Assembly (NCBI GenBank): GCA_965242925.1
Contig: CBDEUM010000029.1
Location: forward strand, 224,001 to 288,000
From: Roseibacillus sp.
GTDB lineage: Bacteria; Verrucomicrobiota; Verrucomicrobiia; Verrucomicrobiales; Akkermansiaceae
DNA length: 64,000 bases
Reading direction: 5' to 3'
Shown: piece after piece, positions 9,637 through 19,746 of the stretch
Numbering within the stretch: the first letter of the stretch is position 1
Layout: each line of letters begins with the position of its first letter
Program-made: the position numbers and the translations under genes
The notes under the pieces: generated by a model
What the model was told of the DNA's origin: nothing
The model's input: the letters and a program-made list of their open reading frames with translations, nothing else
Database searches by the model: none

Positions 9637-10776
9637 CTAATTTGGGTTCAACTTCTGGTGGAACTGTTGGAGGGAGGCGAGGATGGGATGGAAGCCGGCC
9701 AGCTCTTCCGCCGATGTCACCCGGCTGCTGGCCTCAATCCGTTTCGCGATCAGTGCCCGGATCGCCTCAATCAATGCGGGCTCGTTCCGGATGACGAGAT
9801 CGAGTTCGGCGGCTTTCTGGAGGGAGAAGATGTTCATGTTGCAGGAACCGGTGAGAACCAGTTCATCATCGAAGAGGAGCAGCTTGGCATGGATCATGGT
9901 TCCGGTGAGATAGACCTCGATGGGGGCCCGGGTGTAGAGGTCGTGGATGGCCCAGTAATTGACGTCATTACCGATGTTGGCCTCCCTGGAGAAGAGGACG
10001 GTAACCCGGACGCCCCGCCGGGCTGCGGCCACCAGGGCATCAGAGAATTCGGGATCCCCGATGTAGGCCACCTCGATGTAGATCGACTCCCGGGCCTCCT
10101 CGATGAAACGCAGGACCTCCGGTTTGATCTCGAAAACAGATCCTCCCTCATCGCGGTGGGTGTTGCAGAGAAAGTCTATATTACGCTCCGGATCGTAGGG
10201 AACCTCTCCCGCCATGCGCGTTCGCAGGCGCCGGACGAGGTCGGGATCCTCAAGGGCCAGCATGTAGTCGAAGTAGTTCTGGTGCCGGTCCTCGATGTTG
10301 ATGCTTCCAGTGACGATGAGCTGCTCATCAAAGATGTAGTACTTGGTGTGGGTCTTGTTGGTCCACTCGACCGTGACATTGGGGTGAGCCAGAAGGCGGG
10401 TTCCGAGCTCCTGGTCGTGTTCGTCCTCGACAAAGGTATCGGGAAACGTGCGTCCGATGATCTTGTAGATGATCCGCTTGAGGAGGGAGATCCTGCGCGG
10501 GAAGAAGGGTTTGCGGTTCATCTCGATGACTTCGCACATGATGGCCCCGATGTCCTTGATGACGTGGACCTTCACTCCCCGGTCGGCGGCGGCGAGAACC
10601 GCCTCTCCCACCCGCGTGCCAGCCTCATCGGAACGCCAGACGTACATGAAGATCTCCACGCTTTCCCGGGCCTTCTCCAGTTCTTCCACCACGAGGTCGA
10701 AGGTGGGATCTGCCACTCGTTCCGGGGGGAAGGAGGCGGTGAGTGGAGGATGAAGGAGTTGGCATTTCGTGTTCAT
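9637..10776 (-). CDS. Phospholipase D / cardiolipin synthase-like protein
   Basis: Two HKD motifs: HTKYYIFD...TGSIN and HAKLLLFD...TGSCN; no N-terminal TM anchor. Confidence 0.9.
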   Translation of the reverse strand: MNTKCQLLHPPLTASFPPERVADPTFDLVVEELEKARESVEIFMYVWRSDEAGTRVGEAVLAAADRGVKVHVIKDIGAIMCEVIEMNRKPFFPRRISLLKRIIYKIIGRTFPDTFVEDEHDQELGTRLLAHPNVTVEWTNKTHTKYYIFDEQLIVTGSINIEDRHQNYFDYMLALEDPDLVRRLRTRMAGEVPYDPERNIDFLCNTHRDEGGSVFEIKPEVLRFIEEARESIYIEVAYIGDPEFSDALVAAARRGVRVTVLFSREANIGNDVNYWAIHDLYTRAPIEVYLTGTMIHAKLLLFDDELVLTGSCNMNIFSLQKAAELDLVIRNEPALIEAIRALIAKRIEASSRVTSAEELAGFHPILASLQQFHQKLNPN

Positions 10777-11054
10777 GTTTCAATGTTCAGCCGGCTGCTC
10801 CGGGGAAACTCATGTCTGAACTCCGGAACCTGAATACGAAACACAAAAATGCAGAATCGGAGCCCTTCGGACGGGGAACCTGCTCGGGACAGGGCGCCGA
10901 AGGCGGAGCGCATTCAGAATCGTGAACCGGATTCTGGCCAATCCGGGAGGAGGGAAGACTTTGGCGGAGGGCAGGGGTGGCACATGCAATCCTGAGAAAT
11001 TCAGAATTTGTGGTTTGAGATTGCGGCGGGGGGCATCCTACATTCTCCCCGCCT

Positions 11055-11765
11055 ATGGGACGCGCATTTGAGTATCGACGGGCCGCTAAGGAGAAGCGGT
11101 GGGACAAGATGTCGAAGGTCTTCCCCAAGCTGGCGAGGACCATCACGATGGCGGCCAAGGAGGGAGGTTCGGACCCGGACAGCAACTCCAGGCTGCGCAC
11201 TGCGATTCTGAATGCCAAGGCGCAGAACATGCCCAAGGACAACATTGAGACCGCCATCAAGCGGGCCGCGGGCAAGGACATGGCCGAGATCTCGGAGGTC
11301 AACTACGAGGCCAAGGGGCCGCATGGGGTGATGCTTTTCATCGAGACGGCCACCGACAACACGAATCGGACCATTTCCAACGTCCGCACCCCCATCAACA
11401 AGGCGGGCGGGGAAATCCTCAACAGCGGTTCGCTGCAGTTCCTCTTCGACCGCAAGGCCGTCATCCAGTTCGAGAGAAAGGAAGGGGACGACCTTGAGGA
11501 AATCGAACTCGAGCTCATCGATCACGGCCTGGAGGAAATGGAGGAGAACGAGGGGACGGTGTTCGTCTACGGGGACTTCACCAATTTCGGTTCGCTCTCT
11601 CAGGCCTGCGAGAAACTCGGGATCGAACTGAGCAAGGCCGGTCTACAGCGCATTCCGAACAATCCGCAGGAGTTCAGCGAGGGTCAACTCGACGAGATCG
11701 AGTCCCTGATCGACAAGCTGGAAGACGATGAGGATGTGCAGGCCGTCTACACCAACGTGGCGTAG
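11055..11765 (+). CDS. yebC: YebC/PmpR family protein
   Basis: [46 protein letters not shown]. Confidence 0.95.
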   Translation: MGRAFEYRRAAKEKRWDKMSKVFPKLARTITMAAKEGGSDPDSNSRLRTAILNAKAQNMPKDNIETAIKRAAGKDMAEISEVNYEAKGPHGVMLFIETATDNTNRTISNVRTPINKAGGEILNSGSLQFLFDRKAVIQFERKEGDDLEEIELELIDHGLEEMEENEGTVFVYGDFTNFGSLSQACEKLGIELSKAGLQRIPNNPQEFSEGQLDEIESLIDKLEDDEDVQAVYTNVA

Positions 11766-11778
11766 TTCCTGCCGATTC

Positions 11779-12561
11779 TCAGGCGGAGTGCACGGTGTAG
11801 CCGCCGGAGCGTTCGTCCGCTTCGAGCCGTAGCAGGCCGTTCTCTTCCGCCTCGAGGAGGACTTCATTGAAGGAACGGAAACCGTGGGCGCGTTCGTTAA
11901 AGCCGGGGTTCCGCCTTTTGAGTGCCTGTTTGATCATGGAGCCCCAGATGGCTTCGTCGTTGCCCCGCTCCTCCAGGAGGGCCTCGAAGGTGTCGGCGAC
12001 CTGCTCGAGAGCCTCCTCGGTGGTGGGACCCTCAGAAGTCTTCCCCGCCGCGGCCTTCTTCTTGGCCGTCTTGCGGGGGGGCTGCTTTCTGGCCGCTTTC
12101 TTGGCCGGGGACTTGCGCACGAGGTCATCGTAGTAGATGAACTCGTCGCAGTTCCTGATGAAGAGGTCGGAACTGGAGTTCTTCACTCCCACCCCGATGA
12201 CGGTCTTGGCGTTCTCGCGGAGCTTGCTGACGAGAGGGGAAAAATCCGAGTCCCCTGAGATAATGACAAAGGTGTCGACGTGGCCCTTGGCGTAACAGAG
12301 GTCGAGGGCGTCCACCACCATGCGGATATCGGCGGAATTCTTGCCCGACTGCCGGAAATGCGGGATTTCAATGAGCTCAAAGGCCGCGTCGTGCAGGTCC
12401 CGCTTGAATTCCTTGAAGCGTGAAAAGTCGCAGTAGGCCTTTTTCAGGACAATGTGCCCCTTGAGAAAGAGGCGCTCGAAGACCTTGGCGATGGAAAAGG
12501 TCGGATAGCGGGCGTCACGGGCGCCGATGGCGATGTTCTCCAGATCGAGAAAGACCGCCAT
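11779..12561 (-). CDS. NYN (LabA/DUF88) domain protein with C-terminal OST-HTH
   Basis: FLDLEN, GKNSADIRMVVDA, SGDSDFSPL, CDEFIYYD; C-terminal PGFNERAHGFRSF. Confidence 0.9.
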   Translation of the reverse strand: MAVFLDLENIAIGARDARYPTFSIAKVFERLFLKGHIVLKKAYCDFSRFKEFKRDLHDAAFELIEIPHFRQSGKNSADIRMVVDALDLCYAKGHVDTFVIISGDSDFSPLVSKLRENAKTVIGVGVKNSSSDLFIRNCDEFIYYDDLVRKSPAKKAARKQPPRKTAKKKAAAGKTSEGPTTEEALEQVADTFEALLEERGNDEAIWGSMIKQALKRRNPGFNERAHGFRSFNEVLLEAEENGLLRLEADERSGGYTVHSA

Positions 12562-12726
12562 GGTGGCGTTGGGGGCGTTGTGGGAAGTGCTGATGAGTGA
12601 ACTCTAGGGAAGCGGGGACCAGGGAGCAAGAAGTGAGCCCGTCTTTGCCTTGTCATGCCATGGCGGGGCACGTTGCTGGCCTGCGGGTGCCGGGTCGGAT
12701 GCCCTGACCACGAAGGTGATCCGCCT

Positions 12727-14199
12727 CTACCTGTTCTTCTTCGGCCGGGCTTTCCCGTATTCGATGCCCAGGTCGTTGGTGCGGATCGTCTGGAGCCTGG
12801 CCGCGAGGCGGTGCTGGAATGATTGAGTGATCCTGGCGTGCGAGGGCTCTTCAGCCAGGTTGGTGAATTGTCCCGGATCCTTCACCATGTCGAAGAGTTC
12901 TCTCCCGCCACCGGCATCCTCGCCGTACTGCAGGTAGGCCCAGTTCCTGTTTCGAAGCAGGAATCCCTTGCGCATGGGTGCCACACAGAAGGCCTCCTCA
13001 CGCACCTTGTGCGAGGGATTGCCGAGCATCTTCGAGATGTCCTCCCCCTGCAGGCGGGCGGGGACATCCAGTCCGCAAAGGCTGGCGGTGGTGGGATAGA
13101 GATCCAGCAGTTCGACAAAGGAATGGCAGATCGCGGGTTTCTTCCCGGGGACACTGATGATGAGGGGAACGCCCGCGGATTCGTCCCGGAGGCTGACCTT
13201 GGCCCAGAAGTCGTGTTCGCCGAGGTGAAAGCCGTGGTCACTGGTGAAGATGATGATGGTTTTCTCGGTGAGACCCGCCTGGTCGAGGGCGTCGAGAACC
13301 TTGCCAACCTGGGCGTCCATGTAGGCCACCGAGGCGTAGTAGCCGCCGATTGCCTTCCTTTGCCGACGGAGGTCCATCTTCATGTTGGCACTGGTCTTGT
13401 AGTTGATGCCCGCCCTGGGGATATCGTCCCAGTCCCCCTTGATCCTGGAGGGGAGCACCATCCTGCTGTAGGGAAGGAAGGGCTTGTAGTAGGGACGTGG
13501 TGCCACGAAGGGTACGTGTGGCCGGACAAAACCCACTCCCAGCCAGAAGGGTTTGCCGGCGTCCTTCTGCCTGGAGATGAGTTCACAGGCCTTGGCGGCG
13601 GTCTTCCCGTCGGAATGCACGAGGTCATCGCCGTCCGCTTCCACCACCACGAAGGTGTTGCCACCCACCGCGGGCTTCTTGCCATCGGGATTATTCTCCA
13701 GGGTTTCACCATCGCCCCTGGCCTTCCACTCCGGTCCGGGGCTGTTGAAGCGCTCGTTCCACGAGAGGGCGTCGTCAGCTCCGTGCCCCCCGCTCTCGAT
13801 GCCGCCCGGCACGCCCATGTGATAAATCTTGCTCACCCGGGTGGCGTGGTAGCCGTTGTTCATGAAGTGCTGTGACCATGTGGTGCGGTCCCCGATGCGG
13901 GGCCGGGGGTTGCGGTAGCCGAGTTCCCCGGTGGCATGGGGATAATAACCCGACATGAAGGAAGCCCGGGAGGGACCGCAGTAGGTTCCCTGGCAGTAGG
14001 CCCGCGTGAAGCGCGTCCCACGGGACGCAAGGCGGTCGATGTTGGGGGTTTTGCAGACCTTGTTCCCGTAGCAGGACAGCGCGGTATAGGTGAGGTCGTC
14101 CGAAATCAGGAAGAGCACATTATACTTCGGATGGTCCACCAGGGCGGACGGAAGGGTGCCGGGAAAGAGAAGGATGGCGAGCAGGAGAAATGGCCTCAT
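12727..14199 (-). CDS. Secreted sulfatase (iduronate-2-sulfatase-like)
   Basis: Signal peptide; NVLFLISDDL, CGPSRAS, GFVRPHVPF, TSDHG. Confidence 0.92.
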   Translation of the reverse strand: MRPFLLLAILLFPGTLPSALVDHPKYNVLFLISDDLTYTALSCYGNKVCKTPNIDRLASRGTRFTRAYCQGTYCGPSRASFMSGYYPHATGELGYRNPRPRIGDRTTWSQHFMNNGYHATRVSKIYHMGVPGGIESGGHGADDALSWNERFNSPGPEWKARGDGETLENNPDGKKPAVGGNTFVVVEADGDDLVHSDGKTAAKACELISRQKDAGKPFWLGVGFVRPHVPFVAPRPYYKPFLPYSRMVLPSRIKGDWDDIPRAGINYKTSANMKMDLRRQRKAIGGYYASVAYMDAQVGKVLDALDQAGLTEKTIIIFTSDHGFHLGEHDFWAKVSLRDESAGVPLIISVPGKKPAICHSFVELLDLYPTTASLCGLDVPARLQGEDISKMLGNPSHKVREEAFCVAPMRKGFLLRNRNWAYLQYGEDAGGGRELFDMVKDPGQFTNLAEEPSHARITQSFQHRLAARLQTIRTNDLGIEYGKARPKKNR

Positions 14200-14279
14200 G
14201 GAAAGTCACGACTGTAGCGGTGGGTCGCGGGCGAGCAATCAGATTGACCTGACTTGTGCCGCCGGTACTAGTGTGAGGG

Positions 14280-15488
14280 ATGAAGCGCAGATCTTTCCTT
14301 GCCCTGGGCGGGGCCGTCACCGCCGGGATGCCGCAGCTGATTGCCGTCGAGGAAGTCTCGCGCAAGAACCTGAGGGTAGGGGTGATCGGGCACACCGGGC
14401 GGGGGGACTACGGGCACGCCCTCGATACGGTCTGGTCCAGGATCAAGGGTGCCGACGTGGTGGGGGTGGCCGACCCGGACGAGGCCGGCAGGCAGCGGGC
14501 GGTGCAGCGGCTCAAGGCGAAACAGGGCTTCCAGGATCATCATCAATTGCTCAAGGAAACGGAACCCGAGTTCGTTTCCATCTGTCCGCGCTATGCCGAT
14601 CAGCATGCCGATATGATGGTGGCCTGTGCTGCGGCGGGAGTGAGGGGGATCTACGTCGAGAAGCCCTTCTGCCGCACCCCGGCGGAGGCCGACCACGTGC
14701 GGGAGGTTTGCCGGAAGCATGGAACCAGGGTGGCCGTGGCCCATCGCAATCGCTACAATCCCGCCCTGAAGCATATCGCCACCCATGTGGCGGAGGGCGG
14801 CATCGGGAAGCTGCTGGAGATCCGGGGACGGGGGAAGGGTGACCGGCGCGGGGGAGCGGAGGATCTCTGGGTCCTGGGCTCGCATGTCATGGACATGATC
14901 CGGTTCTTTGCCGGCGATCCGGTCAACTGCTCGGCGGAGATGCGGAAGGACGGAAAGTTGGTGACTGCGGATGATATCTACGAGGGAGCGGAGGGCCTCG
15001 GACCGCTGGCGGGAGATGAACTGCACGCTCGGTTCCGGATGGCGAACGGAGTGATGGCCACCTTTGACTCCATTGCCAATGATGACACCTCCAACTTCGG
15101 ATTCGGCCTGCAGTTGATTGGCAGCCGGGGGATCATGGCGATCAGGGCCGACCGCGACCCCCTCGCGCACCTTATTGAGGGGAATCCCTTCATGCCTCCC
15201 AAGAACCCGCGGGAGTGGAAGCCGATCACGACCAGGGGAATCGGACGGAAGGAGGATCGTCCCCAGTTCATCAAGGAGATCCATGAACACGTGGTGGCAG
15301 TGAGGGACCTCGTTGTGGCGGTGGATGAAAACCGTGAACCGGTCTGCGGCCTTGAGGAGGGGGCGGGGACGGTGGAGATGATCTGTGCCGTCTTTGAGTC
15401 CCATCGGCAGGGCGGGAGGGCGGTAGCCTTTCCCCTCAAGGAACGGGGGCATCCGCTGGCCAGGATGAGGGAAGGGGGGAAGAAGTAG
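14280..15488 (+). CDS. Gfo/Idh/MocA family oxidoreductase with Tat signal
   Basis: MKRRSFL Tat motif; VGVIGHTGRG, YVEKPFC, LGSHVMD. Confidence 0.9.
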   Translation: MKRRSFLALGGAVTAGMPQLIAVEEVSRKNLRVGVIGHTGRGDYGHALDTVWSRIKGADVVGVADPDEAGRQRAVQRLKAKQGFQDHHQLLKETEPEFVSICPRYADQHADMMVACAAAGVRGIYVEKPFCRTPAEADHVREVCRKHGTRVAVAHRNRYNPALKHIATHVAEGGIGKLLEIRGRGKGDRRGGAEDLWVLGSHVMDMIRFFAGDPVNCSAEMRKDGKLVTADDIYEGAEGLGPLAGDELHARFRMANGVMATFDSIANDDTSNFGFGLQLIGSRGIMAIRADRDPLAHLIEGNPFMPPKNPREWKPITTRGIGRKEDRPQFIKEIHEHVVAVRDLVVAVDENREPVCGLEEGAGTVEMICAVFESHRQGGRAVAFPLKERGHPLARMREGGKK

Positions 15489-15574
15489 TGCCTGGGAGTC
15501 TTCTCGCTGCTCCACCGACCGTTATCGCATGGGATGCAGATCCGGTCACCTGAGTCCTGCGTCCCGGATTTGTC

Positions 15575-17002
15575 CTAGGCCCGGATCTGGTCGATGTTGC
15601 GGGTTTCACGCTTCGCAGGTCCCAATCGGCCCGGAGCACCCATGGTGCGGATCATGGTGTTGTAGACATCGAGGCCTTCCGCTCCGATATCCATGATCTG
15701 CCCGGTTTTGAAGAGGCCGTTAGCACTCGTAATGGCGTGGAACACGCCGGAGAGTTCGCGTTGCACGTTGTTGTGTCGTCCGTCGCCCGATTCGGTAGAG
15801 ATGGTGAAGAGGGAATTTTCCAGGATGCTTCTGCCGTTGGCTTCTCTTGTCTTGGCCAGGCGCTGGAGGAAGTAGGCGACCTCGTGCATCTTCATATGGG
15901 CGTGGGCCCGCAAGGCTTCATTCTTCGTCTTCTCGTTGAACTTGTGCCACCACTCATGGCTGCAGCCCTTGTCTCCCGTGGCATTCTGCTGACGCGCGTC
16001 GTCGAAAGTGAAAATCTTGCGGCCATTGTAGTGGTAGTCTCCCGTAAGGCGGATGCGTTCCCCGGCAGCCAGGAAGGTGAGAGATCCGAATCGCACCCGA
16101 TCGGTCTCGATGGCCAAGGCATACAGATCGGCCATCAGGCGCCACTCGGTGGTCAGTTCCTCAAGGGTGATGTCGATGCCCTGTCCTCCTGGATCGGCTG
16201 AGCCGCCGTGCAGGACCTGTGAGCGGGGAGGCCGCGCGGGCCCATCCTTCCTGCGCTTCATGGCATAGGCCCGCTGCTCGTACTCACGGATGCGCTCGAG
16301 GTGTTCAGTAACGCGCGCCCTGGAGGCGGATCCAAGCGGGGAATTATTGCCGGTGTAATAGCGGTACTCGTCGACCACCGAGTCAAGCACGCTGCGCTTG
16401 AGTCGCGCACGTCGGGCGTCGGGATTCTTGTCGTCAATGGTGACCGATCCGAACACGCGCTCGAAGAGATCCCGCGGGCGTTCCTGCATGGTGGCAGCGA
16501 CCGTGCCGTTCGGGTTGTAAGAGTGGACGTAGCGGCTCACCCGGCTGCGACGGAAGTAAGTGCCCCCCACAAGAGTGGGGACCATCCCGGCGGGCAATCC
16601 CCTGGGGTAGACACCGTGGCGGATCATCTGGTCGAGAGAGGCCCCGCCCGATTTCGCCTCGCCGTTGGGTGGGGTGGCGGTGAAGGCTCCTGAGGCACCG
16701 TCGAAGTGGGCATTGATTCCGCTTTCATCACAGCGAACCTGGTTCACCTCCCGCATGATGAGAAGTTTGTCACGGAGGGGCTTGAGAGGTTCCAGGACAC
16801 TATCGAAGCCCTCGCTCTGGATTGGTTTCGGGATGCCGAGTCCGAAAAATACATTGAAGGCCCGGACGGGAATTCCCCCATTCGCCGGGGCTGGTGTGGC
16901 CAGAGCCCTCGAGACGAGCATTTCCTCCAGGAAAGGCAGCCCAATGGTGGCGGCACCAACTCCGCGAAGCATGGTGCGGCGATTGATGCTGTTCTTTTTC
17001 AT
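15575..17002 (-). CDS. DUF1552 (HXXSHH) family protein with Tat signal
   Basis: NRRTMLRGVGAATIGLPFLEEM, LEPLKPL, SLDQ, SVLDSV, His cluster CSHEWWH; downstream of the DUF1592 gene. Confidence 0.85.
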   Translation of the reverse strand: MKKNSINRRTMLRGVGAATIGLPFLEEMLVSRALATPAPANGGIPVRAFNVFFGLGIPKPIQSEGFDSVLEPLKPLRDKLLIMREVNQVRCDESGINAHFDGASGAFTATPPNGEAKSGGASLDQMIRHGVYPRGLPAGMVPTLVGGTYFRRSRVSRYVHSYNPNGTVAATMQERPRDLFERVFGSVTIDDKNPDARRARLKRSVLDSVVDEYRYYTGNNSPLGSASRARVTEHLERIREYEQRAYAMKRRKDGPARPPRSQVLHGGSADPGGQGIDITLEELTTEWRLMADLYALAIETDRVRFGSLTFLAAGERIRLTGDYHYNGRKIFTFDDARQQNATGDKGCSHEWWHKFNEKTKNEALRAHAHMKMHEVAYFLQRLAKTREANGRSILENSLFTISTESGDGRHNNVQRELSGVFHAITSANGLFKTGQIMDIGAEGLDVYNTMIRTMGAPGRLGPAKRETRNIDQIRA

Positions 17003-17057
17003 GGCAGCCAATGCTGATATCTCATTATCCACTGGAAAGGAAGTTGGGAATGCAGGG

Positions 17058-19691
17058 TTACTGCGCTTCGGTCCGGGTCAGGCGCACGAGATCGCTGGTA
17101 ATCAGGGCCGTCATGAGGGCTGGCCACGTGCCGCCCTTCTTCTGTGCCTCGGCGTGGATTTTCTGCACGACGGGAGCATCTCGGAAGCCGAGGGGACGTC
17201 CGAGCGAGAATTGGCACACCTTCCAGATCAGGGACTCGCGCACCCGGTCGTTTGTGGCGAGGAGATCCATCAACTCGGCTGCCGACTTGTATGCCACCGG
17301 TCTGGCCTGGCCAGGGAAGAGCACTTCCCCATCCTCCCGCAGACTGTTGTCGTGCGAATCCTTCTCGTGAAAAGTGCCCAGCCCGTCGTACTTTTCGAGA
17401 GCAAAGGCGAGCGGTTCGAACTTTGAGTGGCAGCCACCACAGGACTTGTCTGCAATGCGTTTCTCAGCCGCACCCCGATGCGAAAGACCAGGCCGGGCCG
17501 GAACGGGAGCGGTGTCCGCCTCGGGTGGGGGATCCTTTACCACCCCTCGCAGAAGGTTGTTCATGACGAAGAGACCGCGGGTGACCATGGAGGCGTCATC
17601 CCCTCCCATGGTAAGAACGCTACCCTGGGTGAGAAGACCGCCCCGGGCCGGATTGGCAGAGAGGTCGTAGCGTTCGGCTTGCTCCTCGCCTGCCCGTTCC
17701 TCCGGGGTAATACGGCCACTGTAATGATCGGCGAGGCGGGGAGTCAGGAAGGTGACCTGGGCGTTGAACAGGTCGGTGAGAGGACGTTTCTCAGTCCAGA
17801 CTACTTCCTTGAAGAAGCTGATGGTTTCCCGGCGCATGTCCTCTGCCAATCGTGTGTTCCAGCGGGGAAATTTTTTGGGATCCGGACGCATATTGGCGAG
17901 GCGTCGAAGGTTCAGCCACTGTTCCAGGAACTGCACCGAGCGTTCGATGGCACGGGGATCCTCAAGCATGCGGCCGACCTGCCTGGCGAGCACATCCGGA
18001 TCCGGGAGGTTGCCGTCCCGGGCGGCACGCATCAATTCCTCATCGGGAGAGGCACCCCAGATGATGTAGCTCAGGCGGGAAGCCAGCTCGTAGTCGTCCA
18101 CCGGCCAGGATGATCCGTCGCCGCGCTGGTTCTCGATCCGATAGATGAAGCGGGGAGACTGCAGCATGGCCTGAATGATGTAGCCGACCGCTTCCTTCAG
18201 GCTGCCACTCCCGGCCGCGACCGCAGTAGAGACTCCACGGTAGGTGATGATCTCGCGTTGCTCGAGAGGTCCTCGCAGGATCCATGTGCCCATGGGGCGG
18301 ATGAGTGCCTCCATGCTCTTGTCGGTGAAGCGGCGATCGCGTGAGAAGCGCGCAGCGAATTTCTCGGGATCCATCCGACCCACGATGATTTCGGCCAGCC
18401 TGGCGTAGGCCTCAATGTGCTTGAGATCAACACTGAGATTGTAGGCGGTGTTGGCAAACCCGTCTGCGCGGAGATCGGGGGGAAGGATCTTGTGCGCTTC
18501 CGCCGTGATATCGACACCCACGGTGGCCTTTACGGTTGCGATATATTCTTCCACGGTGAGCCGCTGGATCCACTGCTCTCCGATCCCGCCACTGCTCTGC
18601 ACGTAGTTGGCGGGATCGATGCGAGCGAGAGGCCAGACTGCCCCGCCCTCGATCCACTTCCTGAGGGTAGCCTTCTGCTCCTTGTTCAGCGGGTCATTAT
18701 CCTCAGGCATCTCGTCGTGAAAGACGGTCTCCCAGAGCAGGCTCTGTTCAGGATTGCCGGGGACGATCGAAATGCCGTCCTTGAGGGTAACGAAGGCGGT
18801 TGACCTGCGGGTGAGGTCGAGCTTGCCCTTCCGGGTGCCCGGGTCGTGGCACTCGATGCAGTGGTTGGCGAGAATGGGAGCGACTTTGTTCTCGAAGTGT
18901 ATGGCCCGGGGATCACGTTGCCCGGGGACCACCTCTCCTTCGGACGGCCCGGCCTTGAAATTGGCCATCACCTCGGATGAGGAGAGCCCGCGGCTGTAAA
19001 CGGCTACGAGGTGGTAACTACCCAGCCAGGGCCGGCTGCCATCCCTCTCGTTTCCCAGGAGGAGGTGGTAGTCCTGATTCCAATTGGCGGGATCTCCGGG
19101 AATGGATGTTTCGGCCGCCTTTTTGCCATTGAGGTAGATCCGGCTCCTGCCCGAGCGTTCCCTGGTGTAGATCAGGTGGGTGAGTCGGGTGGTCAGGCTG
19201 CGCGTTCCGGTGGAGAGGGAAGGGATGCCATTGTTGCTTGTCCTGGTAGAGCGGAAGCGCACGTCGAACTTGTCGCCATCCTGTCCCAGAGTGATGTTAC
19301 GGTTGGTGCTGTTGTGGGAAAGCGAAACGATACGGGCCGGACCGCTCTGCCTGGTGTCCGCAGGTTTGATCCAGGCTTCTACCGTGATCTCGCCGCTGCG
19401 CTTGACCGCCTCGACCAACCGGCGGGCTGGTTTGTGCGACTGCACGAGGGTCCCCCTGCGGATCTTGAGAGTTCCCTTCGAGCGGCCCACGCCCTTGGCG
19501 TCACCGAGACGCAGGTCGATTGGTTGCCCGGTTCCTGAGCGGTCCTTGATGACGGGACCGCTGGCGGAGCTGAAGTCATAGAGCGCCTGCAAGTCGCGGG
19601 TGGCACGCTGGGCCGGAGCCTGGGAACTGCCCACCCCTGCCAGAATCGAGATCAGGGCCCACGCAGGCAGGATTAGGCGGCTAGCGCGCAT
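17058..19691 (-). CDS. LamG-like + planctomycete cytochrome c (CxxCH) + DUF1587/1595/1592/1588/1585 multidomain protein
   Basis: Signal peptide from ATG 19691; ITVEAWIKP...YSRGLS (LamG); CIECH; QRLTVEEY; ELASRLSY; RGGLLTQGSVL; CGGCH...PLAFALEKYDGLG. Confidence 0.88.
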   Translation of the reverse strand: MRASRLILPAWALISILAGVGSSQAPAQRATRDLQALYDFSSASGPVIKDRSGTGQPIDLRLGDAKGVGRSKGTLKIRRGTLVQSHKPARRLVEAVKRSGEITVEAWIKPADTRQSGPARIVSLSHNSTNRNITLGQDGDKFDVRFRSTRTSNNGIPSLSTGTRSLTTRLTHLIYTRERSGRSRIYLNGKKAAETSIPGDPANWNQDYHLLLGNERDGSRPWLGSYHLVAVYSRGLSSSEVMANFKAGPSEGEVVPGQRDPRAIHFENKVAPILANHCIECHDPGTRKGKLDLTRRSTAFVTLKDGISIVPGNPEQSLLWETVFHDEMPEDNDPLNKEQKATLRKWIEGGAVWPLARIDPANYVQSSGGIGEQWIQRLTVEEYIATVKATVGVDITAEAHKILPPDLRADGFANTAYNLSVDLKHIEAYARLAEIIVGRMDPEKFAARFSRDRRFTDKSMEALIRPMGTWILRGPLEQREIITYRGVSTAVAAGSGSLKEAVGYIIQAMLQSPRFIYRIENQRGDGSSWPVDDYELASRLSYIIWGASPDEELMRAARDGNLPDPDVLARQVGRMLEDPRAIERSVQFLEQWLNLRRLANMRPDPKKFPRWNTRLAEDMRRETISFFKEVVWTEKRPLTDLFNAQVTFLTPRLADHYSGRITPEERAGEEQAERYDLSANPARGGLLTQGSVLTMGGDDASMVTRGLFVMNNLLRGVVKDPPPEADTAPVPARPGLSHRGAAEKRIADKSCGGCHSKFEPLAFALEKYDGLGTFHEKDSHDNSLREDGEVLFPGQARPVAYKSAAELMDLLATNDRVRESLIWKVCQFSLGRPLGFRDAPVVQKIHAEAQKKGGTWPALMTALITSDLVRLTRTEAQ

Positions 19692-19746
19692 GGCAATGGA
19701 TAAAGGCTGTTGGAGGAGCCGTTTTGCGGGCTGGTCCACCTTGCCC

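Noticed and set aside
10777..11054. Repeated CAGAAT words and the inverted repeat CAGAATC/GATTCTG in the PLD-yebC divergent region
   Set aside because: Too short to distinguish from chance without comparative data.
11779..12561. NYN protein, PLD or SNF2 as an anti-phage defence island
   Set aside because: They sit among housekeeping genes with normal composition, and the PLD is cardiolipin-synthase-like rather than a nuclease type.
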